The position numbers and the translations under genes are program-made. A DNA stretch of 63,704 nt from contig MU054029.1 of the NCBI GenBank assembly GCA_013239625.1, positions 17,613 to 81,316 of the forward strand. Reading direction: 5' to 3'. The notes below the pieces were generated by a model. The model saw only the letters and a list, made by a program, of their open reading frames with translations, searched no databases and had not been told where the DNA came from. Shown here one piece after another: positions 26,401 to 40,284 of this stretch (the stretch's first letter is position 1; each line of letters begins with the position of its first letter). Origin of the DNA: Lama guanicoe (lineage: Eukaryota).

Positions 26401-26965
26401 NNNNNNNNNNNNNNNNNNNNNNNNNNNNNNNNNNNNNNNNNNNNNNTAAGAAAAAAATAAACAACCCAATCCAAAAATGGGCAGAAGACCTAAACAAGCA
26501 ACTCTCCAAGGAAGACATACAAATGATCAAAAAGCACATGAAAAAATGTTCAATATCACTAATTATCAGAGAAATGCAAATCAAAACTACAATGAGGTAT
26601 CACCTCACACCAGTCAGAATGGCCGTCATTCAAAAATCCAAAAATGACAAATGCTGGAGAGGATGTGGAGAAAGGGGAAACTCCTACACTGCTGGTGGGA
26701 ATGCAGTTTGGTGCAGTCACTATGGAAAACAGTGTAGAGATTCCTCAAAAGACTAGGAATAGACTTATCATATGACCCAGGAATCCCACTCCTCGGCTTG
26801 TATCCAGAAGGAAATATACTTCAGGATGATACCTGCACTCCAATGTTCATAGCAGCACTATTTACAATAGCCAAAACTGGAAACAGCCTAAATGTCCACC
26901 AACAGGTGACTGGATAAAGAAGAGGTGGTATATTTATACAATGGAATACTTCTCAGCCATTAAGA
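23430..26965 (+). pseudogene. L1 ORF2p (endonuclease + reverse transcriptase), multiple stops and frameshifts
   Basis: APE endonuclease open over 23430-24167 (NVNGLN, IQETH, GDFN, SRIDH, TDH). RT motifs GTRQGCPL and LYADD (~25515-25530). Premature stops at 24165, 24655, 25612 and elsewhere. Confidence 0.95.
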
Positions 26966-28384
26966 CCGACAACATAATGCCATTTGCAGCAACATGGATG
27001 CTCCTAAAGAATGTCATTCTAAGTGAAGTAAGCCAGAAAGAGAAAGAAAAATACCATATGAGATCGCTCATATGTGGAAACTAAAAAACAAAAACAAAAA
27101 CAAACAAACAAACAGAAACAAATCATAAATACAGGACAGAAATAGACTCATGGAAAGAGAATATAGACTTGTGGTTACCAGGGCGCAGAGGGTGGGAAGG
27201 AATAGACTGGCATTTCAAAATTGTAGAATAGATAAATGAGATTACACTGTATAGCACAGGGAAATATACACAAAATGTTATGATAAATCACAGAGAAAAA
27301 AAGTGACAATGATTGTGTATATGTCCATGAATGACTGAAAATTGTGCTGAACACTGGAATTTGACACAAAATTGTAAAATGATTTTAAATCTATAAAAAA
27401 TGTTTAAAAAAAGACCTGTGACCGTTACTGTGAAGTCGTGTTCACCTTTCAGCCCGTCTCCCACCATCATCCCAGCCCAACCTCGGTGTCTTTCTTCAGG
27501 TCAGCAGCACTCTTCCCACTGGCTTTCCATCAGCTTACCTTGCCCTGCTTCCATTGCTTATTCCCCATATGTTACCCACAGTGGTCTTTTTAAAGTATGA
27601 ATCAGATCAAGTCGTTCCGCTTTGCAAAATACTCTCGTGATTTTCCATTGTATTCAGAAGGATATCCAGAGTCCCTACCAAGGCCCCGTGTGATCCGGCC
27701 CCTCACCCATCTCTGCAGCCTCAGGTCTCACCTTTCTGCTCCAGCCCATCTTCACCACCCAACGGTCCCCAACAGGACAGCTGTGTTTGTAACTCCAAGT
27801 CTCATACTTACCCTTCTCCCGGCCTGGGAGGCTTTTCTTGTCTGTTACCTATGTGGCTTATTCTTTTGCTTCACTCAGTACTTTGTTCAAATTATTTTAC
27901 CCTCAGAGAGGTCTTATCTGACCACGTTATTTAAAATAGCACACACATATTTCCTATTCAATCATTTTCTCTCCTATTATATTTTATGTTTCTTTGTGGC
28001 AATTATTAGTACTTGGTAGTACATAATATATTTATTTGCTTACTGATTTATTGTCTATCTTTCTTACTAGACCTATATTCATGGAATCACAAATAAATGT
28101 TTTAAGCAGTAACTTTCAAACCACCTTTAAATGAATTCTTTTATAAGTTGAGAATTTCAGAGTTTTCCACGGGTTGCTTAGGGGAAAAAAGAGAAAGGAG
28201 TCAGGTTGAACTATGTTATTAAGGACCTGGGAGTTTATTATTTAGTTTATTCATACTAGTGTGTATCTGTTAATCCCAAAATCCTAATCTAGCAAAAGAC
28301 AGAGCTTATTACTATGTATAAAATGTTTCTTTTTGCTTTTAAAGTTGGATTGTTTGAGATCGCTTTTCTTCTTTGTTCATTTTC

Positions 28385-28480
28385 TTTTTTTGAAAAAGAA
28401 TTTTTCTTATTATTTTTTTACGTTGAGTTACTGGAAATTGAACCCAGCACATATACTACCCCTTGAACTATACCCTCCCT
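28385..28480 (-). mobile_element. Internally deleted vic-1-like SINE
   Basis: tactggaaattgaaccca...tgaactataccctccc is the reverse complement of the SINE head, preceded by a T-tail. Confidence 0.55.
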
Positions 28481-29499
28481 TCCAAAGACAATTATTTTTA
28501 TACTTTGACAATACCATACTGAATTAAGAATTTTTTACTCCATTTTTGCTTCAGAGTGTTTATAACTGAGGGAGAGAGTCAGAGGAAGCTCTGGGCCATC
28601 CCTTCCTTCTCAGCGGTTTACTACACAGCAGAGGAGCTTGGCTGTCTCCAGGCCCAGCTCACCTTTCTGCTCTGAGGGCCAAATCAGGCCACTTCTCTAA
28701 ACAGAGGCGTGTTGGAAGCAGCAGAAAGCCAACTAGAGGGCAACAATGACAAAACTAACCCACCTGCAGTTGGACATAATCTGCTCTGAAACGAACCTCT
28801 TAAATCTCTTCTTCCTTTAGTGGATGGTTTTCAAAAATATTCCCAAGGAGATGACTCTCACTCTATTTTTCTGGATTTCTCGGGCCTTCTATGTCTTTAA
28901 CTACAGGCTTGATTTTCTGCAAAACGTCTGCAGGGAAGCCAGGCAGAAAACTTGAACAGACCCTGCAGGCCACTGCTGAGGCCTCCAGTCAAAGCATCCT
29001 TGTTGTCAGAGCCTACGTTCATGGGGTCATTTTCAGGACTGCTGTAATTAGTTCTCATCCAAGTGTCCAACCAGAAATGTTTCTAGATGGAAGGTGGTCT
29101 GATGCAGATGAGCAGTGAGGATATGGGATGCAGATGGCAGACAGACTGGAAGGAGAGAAGGGAAATGTTTCCTCAGGCCTCAGTTTGGAAGATTTCTGAT
29201 TTTCATATGGACATTAAACTGGGTCTGGCTGAAGCGCCGTTTGCTCTAAGATGGCGTGATGTACACGTATCCTTACAACTTCTTAAAAATATGTTGAAGT
29301 TGGACGTGACAGCCTAGGGGACAGACAGCTTAGAGTGACACGTTTCAGGTTGCCTATGATCTCGGGCTCAAAAAGAGGAAAAGAATACACATATTTTGCC
29401 TGTGTAGTTCTATGTGAAATTATTTTGACCCTTGCCGGATGGTGTAAGATCAGAATTCTTGTAGTCTTTCTTACGTCGCAAAGACGACAATTCTTTTTG

Positions 29500-30470
29500 A
29501 TGAATCAGCAGACTTTTTCCGATGGCCCGGGGTCTGTGCCAGACATTAGCTGTCTAGACAAATACCACAGAGCCCCCCATCCCTCAAGGAGATCACAGTG
29601 TGTCATGGAAGAGACAAATTTAAATAGTTTTTGAAAACAATGTGGTAAGACTCACTTGGCTTCATATATATTGCATGTTCAGAGGGGCTTTTGCACTGCC
29701 TGGGGCAGGGTTCTAGAAGGTAAGGAAGGTGTCAGAGAGGAAATGCTTTCTGCACTGACATCTGAAGGATTCCAGCAAATCTCTAGACCAGGAGAGTTCA
29801 TTGTGGGGAAGGGATTCTCCGCAGCTTGTGTGTCTCGTGCAGAGGTCTGGTCGTGTCTAAGAGCACTTTGCACTTAGGGAAGGAAGGTCAGTGAGGCTAG
29901 TGGCTGTGAGGAACTAACGGAAGCTGAGGCTGAAAAAAAGCAGCAACAAGGTGATGAGAAGGTGTGACATTATATCAGGGAGCGTGGACTTCCTCATACA
30001 CGCTGCAGGGAATTCTTTGGGGTTTTAAGGAGGAGAGTGACACAGATTAGTCATTAAAAGTGAGCAAAGTGGGTTGTTCACTCTAAAGAACAGCACTGGG
30101 GAGACTAGCAAGGTGTGGGAATTAATGCAGTGGGAAGCAAGAAGCAGGGACTTAGTTGGGAGATATTGAAGAATAGAATTGTAGTACTGACGGGGTAAGG
30201 GAGTAGAAAAGTAAAGGAAAACTCCCAGATCCTATGTCACGGAAAACAGATGGGATAGTGATGTCATTGTTTGAAGAAGTAAACCTAGTTCTGAGAGAGT
30301 GTAAATTCAAACACACAGAGTTTGAGATTTTTATGGGCTAATGAAGTGGGAATGTCTGCTTGTCAATTATAAGTATATTTCTAGGACTAAAATGAAATGT
30401 CCTTGCTGGAAAAGATTTGACAGTTAATCAGTGGACAGAGAGAAGTTGAAGTCATGGGAATAAATGCCAC
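29500..30470 (-). mobile_element. LINE-2 remnant
   Basis: tgtgccagacatt...ccctcaaggagatcacagtg...gggttttaaggaggagagtgacacagattag...gaaaactcccag are L2 signatures. Confidence 0.55.
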
Positions 30471-30594
30471 CCACTGACAGTTTACCAAAGAAAAGGGAAG
30501 GAGGGCACTTCTGGTTCAGAAAATATGGCAGACCAGAAACTTGAAGACCCACTCACTAAAGACACATAAAATCATAGGACACAATGCTGCCAAA

Positions 30595-31235
30595 CTTTTT
30601 TTTTTACAGTCACTTTATTGTGGTATGACTCCTGTATAGTAAATTACACATATTTTACATGTACTATTTGATAAATTTGATAGATGTCTACACCCAGAAA
30701 ACCATCACCACAATCAAGATAGCTAACATTTCCATAACTTCCCAAGAGGGAAACTATTCCAATTCCCATATTTATCCCTTCTCATCCCCTTCTCTCCCTG
30801 GTAACCATAAGTTTCTTTCTCTATGTCTGTGGGTCTGTTTCTCTTTTGTATTTAAGTTCATTTGTGTCCTTTTCTAGATTCCACATATAAGTGAGATCAT
30901 ATGGCATTTTTCTCTTTTTCTGGCTTACTTTACTTAGAGTGACTATCTCTACATCCATCCATGTTGCTGCAAATGGCATTATTTTGTTCTTTTTAATGGC
31001 GGAGTAGTATTCCTTTGTATAAATATACTACTACATTTTTATCCAGTCAACTGTCAATGGACACTTGGGTTATTGCCATGTCCTGGCTATTATAAATAGT
31101 ACGGCTGTGAGCATTGAGGTGCATGTGGCTTTTTGAATTAGAGTTTTCTTCTGACATATGCCCAGGAGTGGGAAGTCTGGATCATGAGTTAAGTCTATTT
31201 TCAGTTTTTAAAGGAAGTTCCATACTGTCTTCACT
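30595..31235 (-). mobile_element. LINE-1 3' fragment (antisense)
   Basis: tagattccacatataagtgagatcatatggcatt...catccatgttgctgcaaatggc...atatgcccaggagtggga. Confidence 0.9.
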
Positions 31236-31448
31236 AGTGACAATGCAACCCGTTTTGTGAAAGCAGAGCCATGCTCAGAAAGTAACGGGTATTTCTAGGG
31301 GCCAGACATGAATCGCAGTGAGTGTGGCTTGTTCAAGAATCAGAGGGCAGTCTGTCAGGGCTGGAGGAGAGTGACAAGGGAAGTGTGGTACAGGTAGGAG
31401 TCAGACCACGTGGGGACATGGCAGGCTGGGATAAGGAGCCTGGACTTC

Positions 31449-31912
31449 CAGTCATCCCTTGGTAACCATGGGGCACTGGTTCCAGGACTCCCCCCTGATA
31501 TCAACATCCATGGATGCTGATGCTTCTTGTAGAAAATGGCATAGGACTTGCATGGAACTTATGTGTACCCTCCCATGTACTTTATATATATATATATATA
31601 TATACATATTTTTTATTGAGTTATAGTCATTTTACAATGTTGCATCAAATTCAAGCTTAGAGCACAATTTTTCAGTTATACATGAATACACACGTACATT
31701 CATTGTCACATTCTCTTTTGCTGTGTTCTCCTGTGTACTTTAAATCATCTCTAGATTACACACTGTATCTAATACAACATGAATGATATGTAAGTAGTTG
31801 TCAGTGTATGGCAAATTCAAGTGTTGCTTTTTGAAACTTTCTGTTTTTTCAAGAATATTTTCAAACAACAGTTAGTTAAATCTGCTGGATAGGGAGCCCC
31901 TAGATACAGAGA
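31449..31912. mobile_element. MER2-like TcMar-Tigger element interrupted by a short L1 3' end
   Basis: cagtcatcccttggta...ggttccaggac...aaatcatctctagattac...gatacagag. The insert at ~31585-31727 is flanked by an imperfect duplication, ctcc(ca/tg)tgtacttta. Confidence 0.75.
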
Positions 31913-33039
31913 ACCCCCAAGCTCTTCCTTTCCACCTCCTAAATTTCCACTGCAAGCACAGAAGGGGTCCAAACAGAACAGCGCCATCTACCTGCTGGAA
32001 ACGCTGAGGAATTCCTTTAGCTTATGTAGCGCAGGAGAGAAGGTATAGGGACAACTAGTGGGAAAGGAGGGCCTGCCTGGAGAGGAAGGAGGAAGGACCG
32101 CAGTGGAAGCCAGCTATTACCCTTACTGGAGCTAGCTGATAGCAGTGAGGGATGCCGAGGTACTGGAGACACGTCACGTGGGGGGCAACCCTGGCCACCA
32201 TGTACAGGGTTCGCATAGCTGGGACCCAGTTTGCAAGATCAAAATAACAAGGGTGGAGAGGGGCTGCTTCAGCCCCAGGATCCTGACAACGGCCACAGCG
32301 CCATGACCCCAGCTAATGCAGCTCCCTTAGGAAGCCAGAAAAAGGAAACTCTGAGCCAAAATATTGCAGATTCCACTGCAGCCACACAGATAACTAGATC
32401 TCTAAGCTGACAAAATGTAACCACCTGAAACAGGAATCTTTCCTTTTCTCTTCATTTGGACCTTTGGACAGGGAGCCACACATATCTGAAGGGAACTATC
32501 TTGAATCCAATAGAGAGCTCACTTTTTCAGGAATAAGCATGGAGAAAAAGAGTGGGGTGATGGTTTAAAGCAGAAGTCAAAGCGGAAGCCCATCTGAGAA
32601 ATTGTAAAAACATGCATCTCAATGAATCCGAGTTATGGCGAAAAGAAGGAGGAAGGTTAAGGAAATCTCTATCCACCAGACAAGACTAGCCAGTCACACA
32701 AAGACAGCACTTTAAATGAAGAAATCTTTTTATTTGGTGATAAAAAATGCCATATTTTAAAACAAGGCTTGGGCCACAAAAACACGCTGAGAGTTGTTGA
32801 GGAGGAGAACATAAAGCTGCATATGGACATGAAAGTGTTCCAAGTTCACTGCTCAAAAAACTTAGTGAATCATGTGTCCAGTTGATTTGAAACTCCTGAT
32901 AAGGAAATAACTCAAAAGTGGGAAAGACATGATATTAAATAATGGTAGTGAGCAATGAAACCCAAGAAGTTTACACCTATATTTTCATTGTTAATATAAG
33001 AAAACTGAAAGCAACTGTCTAAAAAGTAGCAACTGGAAG

Positions 33040-33040
<1 letters not shown>

Positions 33041-33080
<40 letters not shown>

Positions 33081-33090
33081 TGCACACACA
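33041..33090. repeat. (CA)n microsatellite
   Basis: Direct inspection. Confidence 0.9.
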
Positions 33091-34049
33091 CCCAATCTGG
33101 AACAGCAGAGAATTAAAATTTGCTAAATTTATCATTATTGAGGAACAGGATCTAATAGATTATTTCATTTTTGATAGTGTTATAGGAATACTGGTCCAAT
33201 TGCATATAAATATATGAACTTAGAGATGATTTATAAAGATTTAGAGAGAATTTTCATTAAAAGGCAATATAGCTTCCAAATCATTTAGAAAATTAGCAAT
33301 AAAAAAATTAATCAATCCAGCTAATATGGAATAACAGAGACCATATTTACCATCCTAAAATAAACCACTAAATGAAAACGATACTAGGACCTTGTCCTGC
33401 CACCCCCATACCAAGGCTGCTAGGCCTCCTACTGCCATCACCAAGAATGTCCACAAAGAGGCGACATTTCCTTCCTCTGCTCCTACTGCAGAGCAGTCCT
33501 TTTCCAGGTTTTGGCAGGCAGCTCCCAGAAGTGCTCTCGTGGGCCTTGGTCCCTTTTGGCCACCAGCAAAGGGATCAAGGATGAACAGTAAGCCTCCTTA
33601 CTCATCCAAGACCTAGGAACCTATCTGAATTCTGAGCAGGACTTCACTCTTGTCTGCTGTCTGGTACTCTCTGCCTGGCTTCCCGAGTCCCAGGCTTGGC
33701 CAACCTGCACGCTGGCCACAGCCCATCAGAATCTGTTCCCCTGCCAGGAGGCCACACGTGATCGTGAGCAGGGCTCTAGGCCTCTGGAGCAGCGTGGCTT
33801 GGACTGCGTCCTGGCCCTGGGCATGCTAGCTCCATGCCCTTGGTTGAATCAGTTAGCATCTCTAAGCTAAGTTTCCTCATCAGTAAAATGAAGACATATC
33901 AATATGGAAAAAAAAAATCAGACTCAGGGGGGAATAAATTTCTGGTGACTGAAGATTTTTTAAAATTTTAATTATACAGCAAAAGACATTATACAAATTT
34001 TACTACTTCAGAAATCTAAAGGACAGCTTCTACTGTTAAAACTAATGCA

Positions 34050-34312
34050 TGCACGTACAAACAAACACACTTGCAGACACACTGACTCTGCTCCACATAC
34101 TTCCCTACACAGAAACGTACATGGACTCATGTATCACACACACACCTACCATACACACAACCACACACGTCCTCAGATGCACACACAAACATAGCATACT
34201 CACAACCACATACATCACCAGGTGCAAGCACTCACAGCCACACACACACTCACAGTCATGTACCACGCAATTCCTCAGGAGCATATGTGCACACACACAC
34301 GTCATACACACC
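34050..34312. repeat. Degenerate CA-rich low-complexity tract
   Basis: Repeated acacac/acacat words. Confidence 0.7.
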
Positions 34313-37300
34313 TTTGGCATTATTCTAAATCAATTTACAATTGAGGGTCTCAGTGTCCATCGTTTTATCCACTCAGAAGTTCCTGTCTTCGGGGTGTGAA
34401 GCAGGAGTCCCTCCTCTCTGGAGATGGTCTTTACCACTTACAGTCTCAGTAAAGCCAACATAACTGCTCTGGACCTTTGGAAGTGCAGTTCCAGAGCATA
34501 CCTGGGAACTCACATCCTATATATCTAAACATTTTAATTGCAGGAGGTTGTAAGTTCCTGCCTTTACAAATATACATTCATTGTAAGGGGAAAACCAGGT
34601 TCAAAATTAGAATTCCCAGACTCCGGGGAGTCCTGCAAAGAAAGTGAGCGTGTGGGGAGAGCAGATTCTCAGTCTCTGATCACTAGCCTGACCCTTTTCT
34701 TCCCAATGCTGGGTCCATCCCTTGCCACAAGGGGCCTTCTATGTGCACAGGGGGACACTCAGATTTCACGTCAGGGCTCTGCATATACCCTCCATGCAAA
34801 CAGCTGCCCTTTGGCCTCTCTGTGATTCCTGGGAATCTGAACTCCAGGGAGAGCCAGTGCAGGCACTAGAAATAGGTCAGGGGCTGCTGAGGTGGGGCAA
34901 TCGGTGTCCTGGGTTTCTAGAGCACGGGATGGAGCCAATGACCATGTCCCATTGGCCCTGTTGATTCCACACAATGGAGGGCATGACCAGAGGAAGTGTC
35001 AGGGTCAGGGGGACCCCCTGCAGTGCAGGACCCAGGGTAGAGGGCCCCTTTGCAGGGGTCTAAAGCGAGAAGCCCTAAGGAAAGGTCTGAGGAAGCTGTA
35101 AGGTATCCTAATTCCCATTAATTAAAAAAAAAGCTTACCACAGGAGTGCATGGGAAGGGTTTTGTTATAACAAGGGAAGGCACTTGCCAAGGTCTGGTCA
35201 TAGAGGGCTGGTGGGTTTGCCAGGTTGATGAGGAACTGAGTGGCCGTTAGCCTCCCCTGGGTCTAAACACTGTCTGAATTCCTCCAGGTGACACTTAAAT
35301 GCAGTGAGACATGGAAACCTCTCAAGTTGTTAAAATATTCATGGTGAGCCATTCAACTCTCTCCTCATTTTTGGCTATGAAACCACGATAAACACAGGTG
35401 GGAATCTCCTCAGCCTGTTGGTTGGTTCATTGTTCATCTGGCGTCCCCTATTGTAGGAGCATTTATCACATCACACAAGGCTGACCCATCTCAGGATTAC
35501 AGCTGATTTTCCGCAGGTGGCATCACTTGCTGGTGACACGTAGGAGGCATGTGAGCCACCTCCCAAACACTGAGGCTTCTCCTGGGAGGAGCCTGCAGAC
35601 ACCCAGTCCAGCCTCTGTGAAATGATACTCCTCAGTGTCACTCCCAGCTTGCTGCCCTGGCCTCTAACTCTGGCCAGAACCTCGCTGGATTGTCAGTAAA
35701 TGTCATCCATACACCACGTCTAAGCTTGGGGTCCAGATGTGACCATGGTTCTTATTTTCTTTCCATCAATGGATTGTTTGATCTTCGTGTAATCGTGTCG
35801 GCAGGAAGGCCAGTACCGCCGTCTTGAGGCCTCCCCGGGCCGCCTCTGTCTATAACTGTCCTAGTGCCCCAGGGGATCGGGTCTGAAGCCTGGCATTCAG
35901 ACACGAGGATGACAGCTGGAGAGACAGGAATCCACTCCTGCTGTGGCTTCTGCTGAGGTTTGATGTGGCCATGAAAATGGATCCCATAGGCCCTGACTTC
36001 ACTTGACTCACTGCAGGGATGCTCCCTCACTGCCGTGTTCCCCCCAGAGACCAAGGGCTTTCTGCTTGTTCCAGAAGGCCCCACCACTGAGGGGGCACTG
36101 GGTCCACTGGAATGTCCAGCCTGGTTCTCCGCCAGCCCTTAGAGATTACGTGGGGCCTGGAACATCAACTACCCTTCCCTTAGGGGGCCCGTTTGTCCTT
36201 TCCAGCCAACAGACCTAGGTCATAGGCACTTTAACTCACCTGAAGGTGTTTTCCTCACTTCAGGGGCAGTGAGGACTGGGTTTCTTCACACTTCAAATGC
36301 CCCCGTTCAGGATGCAGACAGTCTGGCTCTCCCCTCAGTCCTACTGGACCTGGCCACACCTGCTGCTGGTCACTGAGTCTGTGCTGTGTTATCTTCCAGG
36401 ACAAGAGGTGCACTCTGCCCCCATCCCACCCCACCAGTGGTGGCAGAGGCAGCAGACAGGCAGGTGAGCTGGGGCCTGAGACCTTGCCTGCAAATCAGTG
36501 CCCCAGAGGCCGCTGGTGACTAGAGGGACCCCAGGGCAGAAGGCAGCAAGGGAAGGGTGGAGGAGGAAGGTTCAGGATAAGGAGATGAAAGGGGAAACTG
36601 ATAGCACTGTGAGGACCTCGACCATAAAAGGGAAGAGAAAAGACAGTGACAGCTGGAGCGGTGTCGGTGTTAAAAGTTGCGGGCTATTTTTTTAAATTTT
36701 ACTAATTACCAATATAATTGACAGATTTCTTATTTTATTAAAGATAATGTGCCATGTCGTATAACAGGATATAGTATGTTATTATTTATTAAATAACACA
36801 TAATAGAAGATATACTAGCATATTATGTTCTGTTTATATCTGTTTATTTCAGATTGTATATAATACATATATAGGTGTTTTTATACATAATATATAATTC
36901 ATGCATCTATATAATATATAACCCATAATAAATAATGTAAGATTATGATTAATATATAATATAACAAGATTACATAACAATAATGATGCAATTTTACCCA
37001 TTGTATGTCTTGGTTCATGACACATTCTCATCTTAGTTGTCTGTCAGAGATATTTACGTATTAAAATTAATATTATAAGACACAGATATGAACATATCAC
37101 CCAGCATCATAACAGGAATATTAACAGTGACATACTGTGTCCTCTTTCCCTATCCTGCTCTTGGCCTCTTCTCAGAGGAAGTAACCAGCATCCTGAATCC
37201 TGGCTTATCCTTCTCTTATGTTATATTCACACACACAATATTTAAGATCAGTTAAAACAAATGAACTGCAGGTACGTGCAACAAAATGGATGAATCATAC

Positions 37301-40284
37301 ACTCTATGTTAAACTGAAAAAGTAAGACCAATAAGGTAGCCTATAGTGTGCTATGCTTTTAACTTTGTATATATATGTCAACTAAACTCACTAAATTAAG
37401 AACAACTACAGCTAGAGTCCAGGTGGGAGAGAGACAGATAAAAGGTGAGGTGAGCAGATTTGCTGCAGGTGAGCAAGTTCCTTTCCAGTAGCATGTCATT
37501 CTCTCTGAAGCAGGAGGGAAGGCCATCTGCTGGGAGTCAGGGAAGAGACAGAGGGAAGTTTAGAGGTGTGCAGAGAGCAGAGAATGTTGACACCACTGAG
37601 TGATAAGTGGGGAAATGTGCTCACTAGAGAACTCCTGGAGGAGTCCCTGGCAGTGGCAACATGGTGGGCATTGATTTGTAGTCTTAGAAATCTGTGCTGG
37701 GAGAGCCTGCTGCCTGCAGGCTCAGAACAAATAGAGCTTGGTGAACCAAGATAGAAGTCGTCCTGGTGAGGAACTGGAAAGATCAAGGGTCAAGGGGGTT
37801 TTGTTTGTCATAAAGAGAGTGCTGACTGTGGATGCACAGCTGGAAGTTGGGGAAGTGGAAGTAAGAGCAATGTGGACAGGCAGGAAAGCAGAGGAGTCAA
37901 TGATTGATGCCCCAGTGAGGGTGAAGGAGGGCCAGGGGGGCTTGTGGAGAAGCAGCCAGATGGCTAGAGGTGGGCACTTACAGGAGAGAGGCTGGAACTG
38001 GTATGGAGACATTCCCAGGTATGACCCCGGGGGTAGGGTGAATGGGGGGTGGCTGGCTCAGGCTGATGGAGAGGAAGACCCTAAAATGACCATACTGGGT
38101 GGTGGAGGGAGAATCAACTTTGAAGTCTTGCTGGTAGGAGGTGAGGCAATACAGAGTTGGTGGTCCAGGTGCTCCTGACTGAGGCAGATGAGCAGGGAGG
38201 CCAGGGTGGCAGGCACTGCTAGGAAAGGATTTGGGTTTTCTAGGTGCTCCCAAGAGAGGAGGAGCAGTGATCTGAAGGTGGAAAGTGAGCACAAGGAGGT
38301 CAATCGAGGCACCTGATCAAACAGGGGTATGTGAGGGGGCAAAGCGTCAACTCCAGAGATGGTTACCCAGGAAGCAGGGGCCACGAGTGAAGTGAGGGGA
38401 CACTCATAGAAGAGAGGGAGAAAAGTCTTCTGGGTGTAGGGGAAGAGAGGCCCCAGGACAAAGGAGCACAGAGGCACCGTGATGAGGATGGACTGGCTCT
38501 ATGGTGACACTGCAGGGGTGGCTGGATCTTTGTCCTGAGGGCTTAGTTTGGGGGGACTACTGACCTCATGAGGACCCCCCTCTCAGCAGCCTGGACAGAG
38601 GCTCTCGCTCCTGAGAGCTGTGTGGCCACCACTATTCCCAGAGGGGCTCTGCCTCCATCTTCTCTTATCAGACTTTCCTGCCCAGCCCCCGACCACCAGT
38701 GAGGGAGCCTGGGCCTCGCAGCTGCTTCCCATGGAGGGACACAGGCTCCTCGGAGAAGCAGGCTGATCTTACTTTTCTCCGTAACCTAGGGCCTAGCAAA
38801 GCGCCAGGCCAGGTGTGGGCCATGTAGGGGCTCAGATACTTACCAAACTAACTCAAAGCAGTAGAATAGCAGAGTAGGAGGAAGTGACCACTGAGCTCAC
38901 AGAGTTCACTGCCCACACCCCCATTCTACAGATGAGGAATCAGAGACAAAACAGTGAAGTAGCCTTGGCCAAGGTCACGCTGCTCTTAAATGCTGGCTGT
39001 GTTGGGCATGCCAAGTGATGAGCTGCAGTGAAGGGGCTGAGAGGGGGCTCTGGGGCCAGACAGCTTGAGTTCAAGTCCCAGCTCTGCCATTTATTATCAG
39101 TGTGATTAATGAATGTCCTTACCTTTAAAGTGGAATTCATACTGGTGCCAACTCATTGAATTGTCATGAAAACAGCGTTCCTGCAACAACAGGAGAGAGT
39201 TCTGTAAGGGTTTGCTGTTGCTTTGTTTACTATTATTGTCACCAAGTGAACCCTGAAATGAAGAACAAAGGCAACAAGAATTTTTATTTTAAAGGATTTT
39301 AAAATCCTCTGATGAATGTTTCATTTCATCTATTCAAGTTTGCATTTGACCCTTATTAAGAACTACACAATGGATGACTTTTGATGCAATCTTGCTTCAT
39401 GTCTTTAATTCTCACTAACGACACAGGCTATTTAACAGGCAGCAGTTTCTTTTCCAGGAAGAGGGACAAAAGGCTAAAAATGACTCAGTGCCTCTCGGTC
39501 CCCAGTGAGTTGGTTCTGACCTGCCAACCCTGCTTTGGGGAAATGCCCACTCCCCCTGGGTTCACTGAGCTGCCCCGCAGCCTCCAAGGGGCACCATACC
39601 CCCACACGAATCCAGTCTCTTGGTTCCTATCTTTGCTTCAGATCCCTCAAGGCTGCCCATGACCCAGGGCCCCATCTGCCCCACCAACCTTGGCTGCTGG
39701 AATCCAGGACACTATCCTGGGTCTCAACCATCCTCTGTTCCTATGACCGTCCCACTATTCTACATTTTGTCCTTCATGTGTGGGCTCCTGTGGCTTGCCA
39801 CACAGCAGGGGTCTCCCCATCCTCCACCTTGGGTAACTGCATTTTCCTGCATGGTGCATAGTGAACCTGTGTGGAGGCAGGAAGAACATAGAACAACAAG
39901 TGCTCAGAGGGGCTGCCTTTCCCACTGCAAGGGCCCTAGAGAGCTTTCTCTCAGCTGGTTCTTCACAGGCACTGAAGCTGTGGAATCTCGATCTCACCAA
40001 TTTAAAGGACATCATCACTAATTACAAAAGCAATCATTTCTTCAGAAGCAAAAGGAGAAAAGACTTTGTGTTCCCCACCTCCAACTTTTTTCCTCCACCT
40101 TCAGATGTTCCTCATCTCTGGGCAAGGGGAGAAAGCAACTCACAGAATATTATTTTTGAATGTTTTTTCCCCACTTTGAAGATTGCTTTCCCAGTACCGA
40201 TGAAGGCTAGAATGGTTTAGCTTTCCAGGACTGAGTATTCAGAGGCTTGTGGGGGAGGTAAGATAACTCAGCAATATTGAACCT

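Larger units (their letters stand above)
20930..27412 (+). mobile_element. Near full-length LINE-1 (camelid-type), inactivated
   Basis: GC-rich 5'UTR, T-rich tract, ORF1, inter-ORF spacer, ORF2 (EN/RT/C-domain), 3'UTR and A-tail at ~27405-27412. The 5' boundary is approximate and no TSD was found. Confidence 0.95.
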
